64,000 bases of DNA from Oligoflexia bacterium (GCA_963758495.1 CAVWVI010000003.1:480001-544000), one strand, 5' to 3'; counted from the stretch's first letter, positions 30,722-41,457 are shown. A program made the numbers and translations. Notes: generated by a model not told the origin, from the sequence alone.

Positions 30722-30780
30722 TAGACCTGTAACTAACCACTATTTTAGCGCAACAAGTCAGAAACATTACTTATTTTTTC

Positions 30781-30818
30781 CCATAGTGGCGTTGTCGAGT
30801 GCAAATGCCACGCTATGG
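30781..30818. repeat. Intergenic inverted repeat
   Basis: CCATAG-TGGCGTT ... AATGCCA-CG-CTATGG. Confidence 0.5.
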
Positions 30819-30890
30819 AGCGTAAATATCAGATTTTTCAAAATCGCTTTTTGAGCCATCCAATCTACCGAATTTATTGACATCTTGATT

Positions 30891-30920
30891 ATGTACAATA
30901 ATTATGAAATTATTGTACAT
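30891..30920. promoter_or_regulatory. Palindromic operator of the vapBC operon
   Basis: Perfect 12-bp arms ATGTACAATAAT-N6-ATTATTGTACAT, just after TTGACA (30877-82). Confidence 0.75.
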
Positions 30921-30934
30921 CACGGAGAACAATA

Positions 30935-31135
30935 ATGGCAAAAGCTAATTATGACTTACCTAATGAAACACTTGAGGAGGTTGTAAAACTTTCAGGGGCA
31001 AAATCTAAGCGAGAAGCCCTTGTGATCGCAATGGAATCTTATCTAAAAAGGAAAAAACTTGAGCGACTCATTCAATCCTACGGAAAGGTCTCCTTAAGCT
31101 GGACGCAAAAAAGTCTTAAAAAATATAGAGATTGA
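30935..31135 (+). CDS. vapB: VapB-type antitoxin
   Basis: 66-aa RHH-like protein (LEEVVKLSGAKSKREAL) upstream of a PIN gene. Confidence 0.85.
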   Translation: MAKANYDLPNETLEEVVKLSGAKSKREALVIAMESYLKRKKLERLIQSYGKVSLSWTQKSLKKYRD

Positions 31136-31142
31136 TTTTCAT

Positions 31143-31565
31143 ATGGGAAAACTTCCTGAAAATTCGGTCAAAGTTATAATAGACACCTCTGTATGGATCG
31201 ACTTCTTCCACGGAACTCTATCGCCCCAAGAAAAAGACACTTTTGTTGCATTACTAGAAGCTGAGGAAGTAGTCATTACAGATATTATCAAACATGAGTT
31301 ACTTATTGGAACAAACTCATCTTCAGAATATACCAGCTTAAATAATGACCTTTCCGCCATTGAGGAAATTACCATTCAACCCTCTATCAAAGAAGAGTTT
31401 AATTACTTTGGATTTGAACTTAGAAAAAAAGGACTTCTCGGAAAGTACACTGACTCCACAATTGCATTTTTATCAAAAAAACATAAATTTCCTGTGTGGT
31501 CTTTTGACAAATACTTTGAAAAAGTGGAGCAAAAGGGAATTATTTCTATTTTCCAATCTAAATAG
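31143..31565 (+). CDS. vapC: VapC PIN-domain toxin
   Basis: IIDTSVWIDF, HELLIG, DSTIA and WSFDKYF acidic quartet. Confidence 0.9.
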   Translation: MGKLPENSVKVIIDTSVWIDFFHGTLSPQEKDTFVALLEAEEVVITDIIKHELLIGTNSSSEYTSLNNDLSAIEEITIQPSIKEEFNYFGFELRKKGLLGKYTDSTIAFLSKKHKFPVWSFDKYFEKVEQKGIISIFQSK

Positions 31566-31587
31566 AAGAATTCCCAATGCTTACCGT

Positions 31588-32781
31588 TTACACATGGTGA
31601 TGAAACACTGACTCTTCAAGTCGTGGATCACCAATCGCAACGATATTATTTTTCTCCAAGAAGCGAGAAACCACCAAACCAAAGACCCCAAGGAATCCAA
31701 TCGTAATACCGATCTCACTGAGACCGAACTTAGGACCTTCTGCATAGAACTCAGGTTGCACCATCCAAAGTACATCGACCCATTGAGCAATCAACATAAA
31801 GACTGCCACAACAGCTAAAACCTTAGGATTTCTTTTCGCATCTCTTGGCAACAAGACTGCAAAGGGAAACATGAATTTTCCAACCAATAAGAAAGTCGTC
31901 ACCCATGACCATGCGCCATGGAATCTACGAATGAAATAACCCGTCTCCTCAGGCAAATTTGCATACCAAATCAGCATGAATTGTGAAAAGCCGATGTAGG
32001 CCCAAAAAACTGTAAATGCGAACATGAACTTGCCTAAATCATGCAAGTGATTTTCATTCACAATTCCAGTAAGCTTACCTTTGGAACGCATGTAAAGGGT
32101 CAGCAAACAAGTAGCAGCCAAATTAGAGTAAAACAAACCAGCGAAGCAATACACTCCAAACATTGTGCTAAACCAATGAGGGTCAAGCGACATGAGCTGA
32201 TCGAAACTCGCCATGGTAAATGTGATCGCAAAAAACACCATAAAAGCGGGTGCGAGAACTCGATTTTTTAGAGTGAGGGCAAAGGCTTTAGTCTTATCCT
32301 GAGCAATCGAATTTTGAACCATTTTATGAGAAAAAAACAACCAAAGCCCAATCGCTATAAAATTACGAATCGCAAAAAAACCCGTACTCAGATAACCTGA
32401 CTTACCCTGAAGAACAAGATCACCCTGAACATGCTCAGCATGACTCCAGATATAGAGCGTTGGAACACCGAAGCAAAGAATACCAAAAGTAACCAACACA
32501 ACAGGTAAATAAGCAGTAAATGACTCACTCAATCGACGAACCGGAGCACTCCACATCGCTCCCGTCATCCATTGGATAGCAGCAAAAAAAGCTCCACCCA
32601 ATCCCAAACTCATAAAGTAAAAATGATTCATTACAAAACTAGTCCAGGCGCGGGATGGATCAAACATCAAACTAAACCCAAAACTCACGACTCCAATTGC
32701 AGAGAAAACTAAAAATGCAGTCCTCACTTCATTTGAAACTTTGAAATTCCCCGGATTCTTAATTGTCGTTGCATTTGACAT
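31588..32781 (-). CDS. actF: Alternative complex III subunit F
   Basis: Multi-TM; MSLDPHWFST, HLHDLGK and QFMLIWYANLPEE. Confidence 0.92.
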   Translation of the reverse strand: MSNATTIKNPGNFKVSNEVRTAFLVFSAIGVVSFGFSLMFDPSRAWTSFVMNHFYFMSLGLGGAFFAAIQWMTGAMWSAPVRRLSESFTAYLPVVLVTFGILCFGVPTLYIWSHAEHVQGDLVLQGKSGYLSTGFFAIRNFIAIGLWLFFSHKMVQNSIAQDKTKAFALTLKNRVLAPAFMVFFAITFTMASFDQLMSLDPHWFSTMFGVYCFAGLFYSNLAATCLLTLYMRSKGKLTGIVNENHLHDLGKFMFAFTVFWAYIGFSQFMLIWYANLPEETGYFIRRFHGAWSWVTTFLLVGKFMFPFAVLLPRDAKRNPKVLAVVAVFMLIAQWVDVLWMVQPEFYAEGPKFGLSEIGITIGFLGVFGLVVSRFLEKNNIVAIGDPRLEESVFHHHV

Positions 32782-32784
32782 AAA

Positions 32785-33354
32785 TTACTTCGACTCCTCG
32801 TCAGCCATTTTTAGATCTTCTGCGGTAGGATGTTTCGATCGTTGGAGTGCTCTAATATAATGAATCGCTGCCCAGCGATCGCCAGAGGAAATCTGCGATG
32901 CATAGCTTGGCATGAGATTAGCGCCTCGAGTGACTGTATCATAAATAGCCCCATCGCCCCAATTTCGAACCTTATCAGACTGGAGAGACGGTGGTCTTGG
33001 AAATTTGGGAACAACAGAACCATCCCCTTCACCTGCAGGGCCATGACATACAATACAATACGTATTATAGACATGCTGTCCACGAGCTAAAACTGCCTGA
33101 GTTGCCCGTAAAGGATTTTTAAGCTCCTTGCCCGCCATTTCTCGGTCCGTATAAGAATAGGGCTCAAAATCTCTTGGAATCGTGCCCTTCACAGGCATCA
33201 TCATGGACCCTTCTTTTTGAGCTTTCAGTGCCGGACTATAAACCATATCTGGCATATAGATGACGTTAGGAGCTTCATGTCGACATCCGACCCACCCCAG
33301 AATGGATAAAGAAAAAACTGCGGCGAGATAAGAGCTGTATATTTTCCTACTCAT
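32785..33354 (-). CDS. actE: Alternative complex III monoheme cytochrome c lipoprotein
   Basis: Lipobox WVGC; YMPDM; CIVCH. Confidence 0.92.
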   Translation of the reverse strand: MSRKIYSSYLAAVFSLSILGWVGCRHEAPNVIYMPDMVYSPALKAQKEGSMMMPVKGTIPRDFEPYSYTDREMAGKELKNPLRATQAVLARGQHVYNTYCIVCHGPAGEGDGSVVPKFPRPPSLQSDKVRNWGDGAIYDTVTRGANLMPSYASQISSGDRWAAIHYIRALQRSKHPTAEDLKMADEESK

Positions 33355-33356
33355 GA

Positions 33357-33968
33357 TTAAAACCATCCCTCGGTATAAACACTCTTAACTCCCGTAGCGC
33401 CGGTCTTTGTTAAAAAATCTTGAGCCTCAGATTCGCTAAAGGACTTAAACTTTTTTGCCTTCTTCTGGGAGGAGGAGTCATTTTCTTCGTCCTCTCCTGG
33501 TTCAACTTTCGGAGGCGCTTCAATGATTAAAGCAAAACGATCTCGGGTCAGTCGCGGGTCGAAAGCTTTTTTATGATGGTTAGGTAAACCATTAAATAGA
33601 AACATCCCTGCAACTGTAGCAAGACCTGCAAAAAGAATCGTACATTCGAACATCACAGGCACAAATGCAGGCCAAGAATTAAAGGGCTTTCCTCCCACGA
33701 TGAGTGGCCAATCTACGGCAGATGTCCAATATTGAAGTAAAAACCCCAGACTACATCCCGTAATTCCAGCAGCAAATGTCACAAATGGGAGCGGAGATCG
33801 TTTCAAGCCTTGAGCAGCATCTAAACCATGAACAGGATATGGAGTAAATGCATCAAAACTTTGATAATTTGCTTCTCTCACCTTTTTTGTGGCCTTAATT
33901 AATGCATTTGGATCCTGAAAAAATCCAATTACCCCAGCTAGATTTTTCTCGGTACTCTGATTAACCAT
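33357..33968 (-). CDS. actD: Alternative complex III subunit D (DUF3341)
   Basis: [10 protein letters not shown] and [11 protein letters not shown]...FVPVMFE. Confidence 0.92.
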   Translation of the reverse strand: MVNQSTEKNLAGVIGFFQDPNALIKATKKVREANYQSFDAFTPYPVHGLDAAQGLKRSPLPFVTFAAGITGCSLGFLLQYWTSAVDWPLIVGGKPFNSWPAFVPVMFECTILFAGLATVAGMFLFNGLPNHHKKAFDPRLTRDRFALIIEAPPKVEPGEDEENDSSSQKKAKKFKSFSESEAQDFLTKTGATGVKSVYTEGWF

Positions 33969-35370
33969 GGCTTAAAACCTCCTTTGAAGGCGACGGATGT
34001 GGGCCATGACCCTCGTCTAAGTCCATCACTCCCTTAACCTCTGCCATAGCGATCACGGGCAGGATGCGACAGAAGAGCAAGAACCAGATAAAGAACCAAC
34101 CAAAACTCCCTAACGTGATTCCCCAATCATAGAAAGTAGGTACATAATATTTCCAATTAGAAGGAATAAAGTCACGATGCAATGAAGTCACAACGATCAC
34201 AAAACGCTCAAACCACATTCCGATATTTACGAAAAGAGAGACAACAAACATAATCGGAATACTTCTTCTAGCGTTTCTAAACCAAAAAATCTGTGGAATG
34301 ATTACGTTACAAGTTGCCATGATCCAATAAGCCCACCAATAAGGACCAAAGGCTCGATTGATAAATGCAAATCGCTCATAAGGACTACCGCTATACCAAG
34401 CGATAAAAAACTCGCAGGAATAAGCATATCCTACCAACATTCCTGTTGCCATGATGATCTTATTCATCTTTTCTAGATGGTTAATCGTGATGTAGTTTTT
34501 CAAATTAAACATTTCACGAGCAATCACCATCAAAGTGACCACCATTGCAAAACCGGAAAAAATCGCCCCGGCAACAAAGTAAGGAGGAAAGATGGTTGTA
34601 TGCCAACCTGGAAGGTTAGATACCGCAAAGTCAAAGGAAACAACGCTGTGCACAGAAAGCACCAACGGAGTTGATAGACCTGCTAAAAGCATGTAAGCAA
34701 TTTCGTAATGACTCCAATGCCTATTGGATCCTCTCCAGCCCAGGGATAAAACTGTATAAATAAATTTTCGAATTGGATTCTTGGCTCGATCTCGAATTGC
34801 AGCAAGGTCAGGTACTAAACCTACAAACCAAAATACTGCCGAGATCGTAAAATAAGTACCCACTGCAAACACGTCCCAGAGCAAGGGTGAGCGAAAATTG
34901 ACCCACAAGTGCCGTTGGTTTGGATAAGGCAACAGCCAAATTGCAGCATACCAAGGCCGCCCCGTATGGATGACTGGAAATAAGAGTGCAGTCATCACTG
35001 CGAAAATGGTCATCGCTTCTGCGGATCGATTAATTGCAGTACGCCATTTTTGCCTAAAAAGAAACAAAACAGCTGAAATCAACGTTCCAGCATGGCCAAT
35101 ACCCACCCAAAACACGAAATTAACAATGAATATACCCCAGCCATTGGGTTGGTTAAGACCTAAGACGCCCAAACCATTCATAAACATGTCTGTAGCAAGC
35201 GCAGCCCCTAAACCAAAAACTGCGATTGCCGTGATAAAGCAAACCCACCACTTCTGAGTAGGGAATCTTTCTAAGGGTGCCGCGATATCATCATTGACGT
35301 CTGCTAGGCTTTTACCACCTGTCACTAATATATCGGGTGTGAACTTCATCAGATCAGTAGGAGTCGCCAT
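33961..35370 (-). CDS. actC: Alternative complex III quinol-binding subunit (NrfD family)
   Basis: [23 protein letters not shown] and NFRSPLLWD. Confidence 0.96.
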   Translation of the reverse strand: MATPTDLMKFTPDILVTGGKSLADVNDDIAAPLERFPTQKWWVCFITAIAVFGLGAALATDMFMNGLGVLGLNQPNGWGIFIVNFVFWVGIGHAGTLISAVLFLFRQKWRTAINRSAEAMTIFAVMTALLFPVIHTGRPWYAAIWLLPYPNQRHLWVNFRSPLLWDVFAVGTYFTISAVFWFVGLVPDLAAIRDRAKNPIRKFIYTVLSLGWRGSNRHWSHYEIAYMLLAGLSTPLVLSVHSVVSFDFAVSNLPGWHTTIFPPYFVAGAIFSGFAMVVTLMVIAREMFNLKNYITINHLEKMNKIIMATGMLVGYAYSCEFFIAWYSGSPYERFAFINRAFGPYWWAYWIMATCNVIIPQIFWFRNARRSIPIMFVVSLFVNIGMWFERFVIVVTSLHRDFIPSNWKYYVPTFYDWGITLGSFGWFFIWFLLFCRILPVIAMAEVKGVMDLDEGHGPHPSPSKEVLSHG

Positions 35371-35443
35371 GATTCAATCACCTCTCCTGAGTGCATATCT
35401 CAAATTTTTACAGCAGGTTCTCACTTGATTCAGCATGTGTGGA

Positions 35444-38400
35444 TTAAACATGTTTGGCTCCCTCACCTGCATGGGATAGTTTCGCCCTATTTCGTACTTT
35501 AGTCATATAAGACACGGATGGCTTCGTATTTAAATTCTCAAGCACTCGGAATGCCTGTGGGCTTTCCTTCATTTTGGAGACAATACTCTTTGGATCATTC
35601 ATATCTCCAAAGACGATAGCATCACTTGGACAGGTTTGTTGACACGCTGTCTTTAAATCTCCATCTCGAACTCTCTCACTTGCGTCTTTAGCATGATCTT
35701 TTGCATCACTAATGCGCTGAACACAGAAACTACATTTTTCCATGATCCCGCGAGTTCGGACAGTGACATCCGGATTCCAAACCATGTTCATCGTACCTTC
35801 ATAAGACTTCCAATGATCAAAGAAATTAAAACGACGAACTTTATAAGGACAGTTATTCTGACAGTAACGAGTACCTACGCATCGATTATAAACCTGAACA
35901 TTTAAGCCCTCATCATCATGAACAGTTGCCAATACTGGGCAGACCGTCTCACAAGGAGCATTTTCGCAATGCTGACAAAGCATAGGTTGAAAAATCACTT
36001 CAGGGTTTTCTGGACTCCCTGAATAATATCGATCGATTTTAATCCAGTGCATTTGTCGACTGACTCGAACTTGATCACGCCCCACTACTGGAATATTATT
36101 TTCTGCTTGGCATGCCATGACACAAGCACCACAGCCAGTGCACGAATTTAAATCAATCGCCATTCCCCAGCGATACGATTTGTATTCATGACTTGGCCAA
36201 AGAGAAGGTACCGTCTCCAGCCTTAACTCTGGATCAGTATGCATCGCTGTTGCCGGATTATTTTTAAATTCGCTCAACGAAATATCGTTAATGATGGGAC
36301 GATCTTCGGTGGCTGAATGCCATTGAGTTGCAGCCAATCGATAAAATTTTCCAGTCTTGCTTATTTTGACATCTTGTCCGGAAAAGACGAGTCGATTGTC
36401 CTCTAATTTAAGAAAAGAAAAAACATCAACGCCAGTGAGATTTCCCACTTTTCCAACTGAACGGCGACCATACCCTACCGCAACACTGACTACATGTGCA
36501 TGCATCCCGGGTTGGATATGAACAGGAAGCTGAGCACTGACATCACTCGAGCGAATTTCCACTACGTCGTCGTCTTTAATACCCAGTGTTTTTGCTAATT
36601 GCGGGCTTACATTTAAATAATTATCCCATGTCACAGTAGAAATCGGATCTGGCATTTCCTGTAACCAAGCATTATTAGCGCTACGCCCATCTCCCATAGA
36701 TACTTTGGAGTAGAGAGCCAAAGAAAGGCCCGCCCCCACTGCAGACTGCTGAGGAGAGACTGGATTTTCTGAACTGGTTAGAATTGAATGCGCTATTGCC
36801 TTTTTAGGCGATAACTGACTCAAAGATCCTTTTAAAAATGAACGAGCTGTAGGTTTTTTAGATGAGCCCCCTAGAGCCGTTGTAGCATCGAAAACTCCTG
36901 CCCTTAATACGCCTTCCCAAAAGCGATCAAAAGAGGTTGCGCTCTGTGAATCCCGAAAGATCGTTCCCTTCCAATGCCCCTGAATATATTCATGCCAATC
37001 TTGAGCTTGGGCAACCAAACCCTTCACTCCTAATGCTTTTGCCCAAATTAAAAGAGAATCTTGAAAAGCGCGGGATGAATGAATGGGGGCCATCGCAGGT
37101 TGCTGCAGACTATAAAGACCTTTTCTTGGATTTGAATCGCCCCAGTTCTCCAAATAATGGTGATCTGGCAAAATATAATCAGCCAAGTGTCCTGTTTCAT
37201 CTTCATGCTCGGAAGCCACTATGACTAAAGGTACTTTTTTCATGGCCTCTTCAAGGCCTAGTAAGATCTTGGGTAACGTATAAGCAGGATTAGATCGATA
37301 GATGATCAGTGCATCCACCTGACCCGATTTCATATCTGAAATCAGTTTTGTCATACCTGCAAAATTCCCGTGAGCTGCACTATAGCTCACAGTACCATCC
37401 ACTGTAGCGCCTTCATTTGCTAAAACTGTATTTAAAAAGTTAATGGCTACTTGAAGAGCAAGCGCATCTTGAGTCTTGGACTGAATACTTCCGCCTACTA
37501 CTAGACTTTTTCCACAATTCTCCCACAAATCCTTTGCTACTTCCTTGAGCTGATCTGGACCTCCAGGTAGCCCAACTTCTGCAGCGATTTTTTCAGGAGT
37601 AAACCCGGCAAGAGCTGACAGGACATTAGGATCTGAGGCAAAATTAGAATGCCTTCGTCTCACAATGATTTCATGAGCTAAAGCAAGTGCAATTTTTAAC
37701 TCATCACCCGGCCTAATAGGATATCGCTGATCCGAATTAGAACCCGTTACCGTTAACATCGGCTCAAAACAGATTAATTTAGAAAGCTTTGCTTGAGCTG
37801 GATTTTGTTTCGAAAGCTTCCGCCCTTTAGACCAAGCCTTTGAGTATTCAACGGGAGAATTCCACGTACCCAAAAAATCCGCTCCCAAAGAAACAACGAC
37901 GTCTGCCTGATCAAATCGATAATGAGGAACCAAAGAAGTGCCGTAGGAAAGCTCTTGTGCTTCCGCTATTTCTTCTAACTCCAAAGGTTCAAACTCAACA
38001 TGAACACCATTCCGAAAACCGCTTAAAAATTCTTGAATCAAACGGCTTGTAGATCCACTCCGAACTGCTCCAGTTAAAATTCTGACTCGACCCGAATTAG
38101 AAGCAATTGCTTTCAGTTTAGACTGAACCGCAGTATCCACATCGGTCCAAGAAATTTCCTGACCGAAGCCCTCTCGCCCAGCTCTCATCTTGGGAGCTTT
38201 TAACCGATCGGGATCATAAAGATTCAGTAGCGAAGCTTGCCCTCTTCCACAAAGCGAGCCCTGATTCACAGGGTGATCTGGATTACCTTCTAGTTTAATT
38301 GGACGTCCTTCACGATTTTTTACCAGGACTCCACAATTGGTTGAGCATTCTTGACAGGTTGAAGCATAAAAGTTTGCAACACCCGGAGTGATTTCTTCCG

Positions 38401-38722
38401 GTTTAACAACATATGGAATAATTTTATGAACTGGCCTACGAGCACAAGCAAAGCTAGCCATCGCCATACTTGCGCCCATCACTGTAAGAAAATCTCTTCG
38501 AGCAATGCCTTGCTTATCAATCCGATCTATTTGCTCCACCCATTCTACAGGCTTCTCATAGAATTCTTGGGCACGCTTTTCTTGAACTTTGGGATCATTC
38601 CAATAGCTAGCATCCAACTCCTCAGGACCTATCCAATGGCGCGGTGGAATAAATGGCTGCGTATTTAGGGAATCTGCCTTCGTCTCTTCGTGGTGATGGT
38701 TGTCCATAATTTCTCTCTTCAC
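35444..38722 (-). CDS. actB: Alternative complex III subunit B (molybdopterin-oxidoreductase-like + Fe-S domain)
   Basis: Extended N-terminus then TAT motif RRDFL; CTGCGAC, CQHCENAPC, CVGTRYC and CSFC; start may be ATG 38707. Confidence 0.96.
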   Translation of the reverse strand: MKREIMDNHHHEETKADSLNTQPFIPPRHWIGPEELDASYWNDPKVQEKRAQEFYEKPVEWVEQIDRIDKQGIARRDFLTVMGASMAMASFACARRPVHKIIPYVVKPEEITPGVANFYASTCQECSTNCGVLVKNREGRPIKLEGNPDHPVNQGSLCGRGQASLLNLYDPDRLKAPKMRAGREGFGQEISWTDVDTAVQSKLKAIASNSGRVRILTGAVRSGSTSRLIQEFLSGFRNGVHVEFEPLELEEIAEAQELSYGTSLVPHYRFDQADVVVSLGADFLGTWNSPVEYSKAWSKGRKLSKQNPAQAKLSKLICFEPMLTVTGSNSDQRYPIRPGDELKIALALAHEIIVRRRHSNFASDPNVLSALAGFTPEKIAAEVGLPGGPDQLKEVAKDLWENCGKSLVVGGSIQSKTQDALALQVAINFLNTVLANEGATVDGTVSYSAAHGNFAGMTKLISDMKSGQVDALIIYRSNPAYTLPKILLGLEEAMKKVPLVIVASEHEDETGHLADYILPDHHYLENWGDSNPRKGLYSLQQPAMAPIHSSRAFQDSLLIWAKALGVKGLVAQAQDWHEYIQGHWKGTIFRDSQSATSFDRFWEGVLRAGVFDATTALGGSSKKPTARSFLKGSLSQLSPKKAIAHSILTSSENPVSPQQSAVGAGLSLALYSKVSMGDGRSANNAWLQEMPDPISTVTWDNYLNVSPQLAKTLGIKDDDVVEIRSSDVSAQLPVHIQPGMHAHVVSVAVGYGRRSVGKVGNLTGVDVFSFLKLEDNRLVFSGQDVKISKTGKFYRLAATQWHSATEDRPIINDISLSEFKNNPATAMHTDPELRLETVPSLWPSHEYKSYRWGMAIDLNSCTGCGACVMACQAENNIPVVGRDQVRVSRQMHWIKIDRYYSGSPENPEVIFQPMLCQHCENAPCETVCPVLATVHDDEGLNVQVYNRCVGTRYCQNNCPYKVRRFNFFDHWKSYEGTMNMVWNPDVTVRTRGIMEKCSFCVQRISDAKDHAKDASERVRDGDLKTACQQTCPSDAIVFGDMNDPKSIVSKMKESPQAFRVLENLNTKPSVSYMTKVRNRAKLSHAGEGAKHV

Positions 38723-38741
38723 TTCAAACAGAGTCTTTTCC

Positions 38742-39332
38742 TTAACGATGGCAAGTGCTGCAATTTACAGATGCAACAGGGCCACGTGGGTTTTTCTGAT
38801 TTGGATAAATCTTTGTCAGGACATTACGAGGTGTCGTCTGTCCCCGATGGCATTCCATACACCATCCCATAGTCAACGCTTCTTTTTGCTCAATACGAGC
38901 CATTTCCTTTACGTTACCATGACAGGTTTCACAGGATACACCTTTTGCTACGTGCCTCTTATGAGGGAAGTAGACATAATCAGGCAGCTCATGAACGCGA
39001 ATCCATTCAATGGGCTTACCCTCTGTAAATGCCTTTCTCATCTTCTGAATGTAGGGACTGTCCAACTTCACAACGGAATGACAATTCATACAGACATTCA
39101 GTGACGGAACTGAAGCATGCCGTGATTTTTCAGCCCCAGAGTGGCAGTACAAGCAAGGGACTTTATTGTCCCCAGCATGAAGCTTATGACTAAATGGAAT
39201 AGGCTGCTCAGGAGCATACCCTTGGTTAGAAGCGGTTGGGTAAAACCGAATCAATCCAAAGATCGCAATGACCCCTACTGTCAGAAATAGAGCAACACCT
39301 AGTTTCTTTTGTGTCCCAGAGATGCGAACCAT
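38742..39332 (-). CDS. actA: Alternative complex III pentaheme cytochrome c
   Basis: Five CxxCH motifs (CLYCH, CMNCH, CETCH, CMECH, CSTCH); QPIPFSHKLHAG. Confidence 0.96.
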   Translation of the reverse strand: MVRISGTQKKLGVALFLTVGVIAIFGLIRFYPTASNQGYAPEQPIPFSHKLHAGDNKVPCLYCHSGAEKSRHASVPSLNVCMNCHSVVKLDSPYIQKMRKAFTEGKPIEWIRVHELPDYVYFPHKRHVAKGVSCETCHGNVKEMARIEQKEALTMGWCMECHRGQTTPRNVLTKIYPNQKNPRGPVASVNCSTCHR

Positions 39333-39488
39333 GAGGTACCTACTTATTGTTTTGAACTTTTTTTGTATTAACGCTTATCTGACAAACTTACTAGTCCCTT
39401 TTCAAGTAAATCTTGACCGAGGGCACCAGATTTTACATTTTCTTGTCAAATTCCACCCCTGAGAGGCCAATCCACACCCTAAAAGTGA

Positions 39489-40187
39489 TTAAAGCACCCC
39501 ATCAGTCCTTAATAGAATGCCTTCTTGTACCCACATTCTCAAGGTGGGTTCCATAAGAAAGACGGTTTCCTGAATAGGCCGACTCAATTGCTGAGCCAAG
39601 GATTGAATTAAGGACTGAGGATTCCCCCCCCCTTCCAAGCACTGAAAGAGAAGTTCAAAGACCATCGGCTCCACTTGAAGAGTTCTTAATAGAGAGGTTT
39701 GATCATCTCTAAAAATAAGTATACAAAATAATTCGACTTTCTTTAAAAGCTCGAATTCCTCTCGGTTACCTTTTATATACCAATGAGGAATGGGATATTG
39801 ATATGTCCTCAAAAGTAGACTGGGATTAACCCAATCCCCTTCATTGGGATCTCGACTGGTTTTCGATTGAAATCGAGCCCATTCATAATCTGCTAATTCC
39901 TTCAAAGCGGGCTCAAACTTCAGCCGCTCTGAAAACTGCTGAACTGCCCAATTGATACGAAAGTCTTTTGGCCAAAACTGAGTGATGAAATCATTCCCTA
40001 CTTCTTCCCAAGATGGACTAGGTACAAGTGACTGATAAATTTTTTTACATTCTGGATAGACCGCATCGATTGCCTCTTGAATTGAGACGCGAGTCAATTC
40101 ACGGTAAAAAGCGAATTGAGGGTCCGCAGGGACTTGAGCACCATAAATACTTTTCAGCATCTGCTCTTGAACTTCTTTTAAAGACAT
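39489..40187 (-). CDS. MNIO partner protein (DUF2063, HvfC/BufC-like)
   Basis: MSLKEVQEQM...FYR.L...YP...ELADYEWA...NPSL...YP pattern; overlaps the DUF692 stop. Confidence 0.8.
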   Translation of the reverse strand: MSLKEVQEQMLKSIYGAQVPADPQFAFYRELTRVSIQEAIDAVYPECKKIYQSLVPSPSWEEVGNDFITQFWPKDFRINWAVQQFSERLKFEPALKELADYEWARFQSKTSRDPNEGDWVNPSLLLRTYQYPIPHWYIKGNREEFELLKKVELFCILIFRDDQTSLLRTLQVEPMVFELLFQCLEGGGNPQSLIQSLAQQLSRPIQETVFLMEPTLRMWVQEGILLRTDGVL

Positions 40188-41062
40188 AAGTCTCTGGATT
40201 GATCCTTCTTCTCGATAGTTTTCCAAAGTGCGGCAACTTCATCTACAAGGACGTTTAATGGGGGGACATCCCTTTCCCGCTCAAGTAACAAAGTCTTTAC
40301 TGGCATGAGGGAATGGATATCTTTTAATAAAAGCCGAACTGGATCAGGAACTGGAGACCCATGAGTATCCAATAACCGTTCTTTTCCCGCCAAATGAATC
40401 TGCTCATGTCCCGCTATATGAACTTCTATCACCCGTTCGAGCGGAATCTGGCGAAGGTAACGCCGCGAAGCCGCGATGGCATCTGGAAAGTGATTAAAAC
40501 TATTCACATACACATTATTTATGTCTAACAGCATTGAACAATTTGCTTGTTCCAAAATTTCTGTCGTAAATTCGGCTTCAGTCATCTCTGCACCTGGCAT
40601 CATAAGGTAATAAGAAGGATTTTCCAATCCAAACGGGACCTCTAAGAAGTCTTGAACTTGGCGCACTCGTTCCACAACATGTCGAACTACCTCGTGAGTA
40701 AAGGGTAAAGGCAATAAGTTATGTAACTGCACTCCCCCCGTGCTGGAAAAACAAATATGATCAGTGACCCAACGAGCACCCGTGTCTCGAACTAATTTTT
40801 TGATTTGGGTCAAATAATTAAAATCCAAAGCATCCGTGCTCCCAATAGATAAACTAATTCCATGCATTGCTACAGGAAGAATTTCTGAAACTTGAAGAAG
40901 AGCGCGACGGGTTTTACCGCCGCGCCCTATAAAGTTCTCAGGCACCCACTCTACCCAATCGAGTCGAGAAAGTAAGGTAACATCTCCCTTCGCCAAACGA
41001 TCCGCGAGCTCAAAGAGAAATGATTTACGGACACTAATTCCGCGCATGAGAGAAGAAATCAC
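40178..41062 (-). CDS. DUF692 multinuclear non-heme iron oxidative enzyme (MNIO)
   Basis: PENF, HGISLSIG, DH, LENPS, LDINNVYVN, HIAGH, DTH and LER iron-ligand set. Confidence 0.95.
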   Translation of the reverse strand: MISSLMRGISVRKSFLFELADRLAKGDVTLLSRLDWVEWVPENFIGRGGKTRRALLQVSEILPVAMHGISLSIGSTDALDFNYLTQIKKLVRDTGARWVTDHICFSSTGGVQLHNLLPLPFTHEVVRHVVERVRQVQDFLEVPFGLENPSYYLMMPGAEMTEAEFTTEILEQANCSMLLDINNVYVNSFNHFPDAIAASRRYLRQIPLERVIEVHIAGHEQIHLAGKERLLDTHGSPVPDPVRLLLKDIHSLMPVKTLLLERERDVPPLNVLVDEVAALWKTIEKKDQSRDLCL

Positions 41063-41070
41063 AAAACCAC

Positions 41071-41376
41071 TTATGGAGTGCTCTTGTCTTTAGTAGGAGC
41101 AGGGTTACTGTCCATATTTTGATTTGTGGCACCTGTAGAAGGTGCAGCACCCGTAGGAGTCGTGTCATCCGCTTTTTTCATTTTTTTGCCCATGTCACCA
41201 CTGCAACCCCCGTCTTTACCACTACAACCGCTGTCTTTTCCATCTTCCATCGCGATGAGTGTGGATTTAGAAAGATCTTGAGTTTTCACTAAGTCGGCTG
41301 CATGAGCTGCCCCTACTGAAAATGCTGCAATCAGCGCGCCGGTAAAGACTACCCTTTGTCCTTTATTGTCCTTCAT
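41071..41376 (-). CDS. Secreted Cys-containing RiPP precursor for the MNIO
   Basis: AAGGAG SD before ATG 41376; signal peptide ending AHA; tandem GKDSGCS-GKDGGCS; P/T/A-rich tail. Confidence 0.8.
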   Translation of the reverse strand: MKDNKGQRVVFTGALIAAFSVGAAHAADLVKTQDLSKSTLIAMEDGKDSGCSGKDGGCSGDMGKKMKKADDTTPTGAAPSTGATNQNMDSNPAPTKDKSTP

Positions 41377-41410
41377 TACAAATGCTCCTTTATTCATGAG
41401 TTATTAGGCT

Positions 41411-41457
41411 ATTCAATTCTCAAAATATATTGTGATATTGAATTCTAATTGTGTCAA
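41411..41457 (-). promoter_or_regulatory. sigma70-type promoter of the MNIO operon with overlapping inverted repeat
   Basis: TTGACA-N17-CACAAT; ATTCAAT-N19-ATTGAAT (41411-41443) spans the -10 and the start site. Confidence 0.5.
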
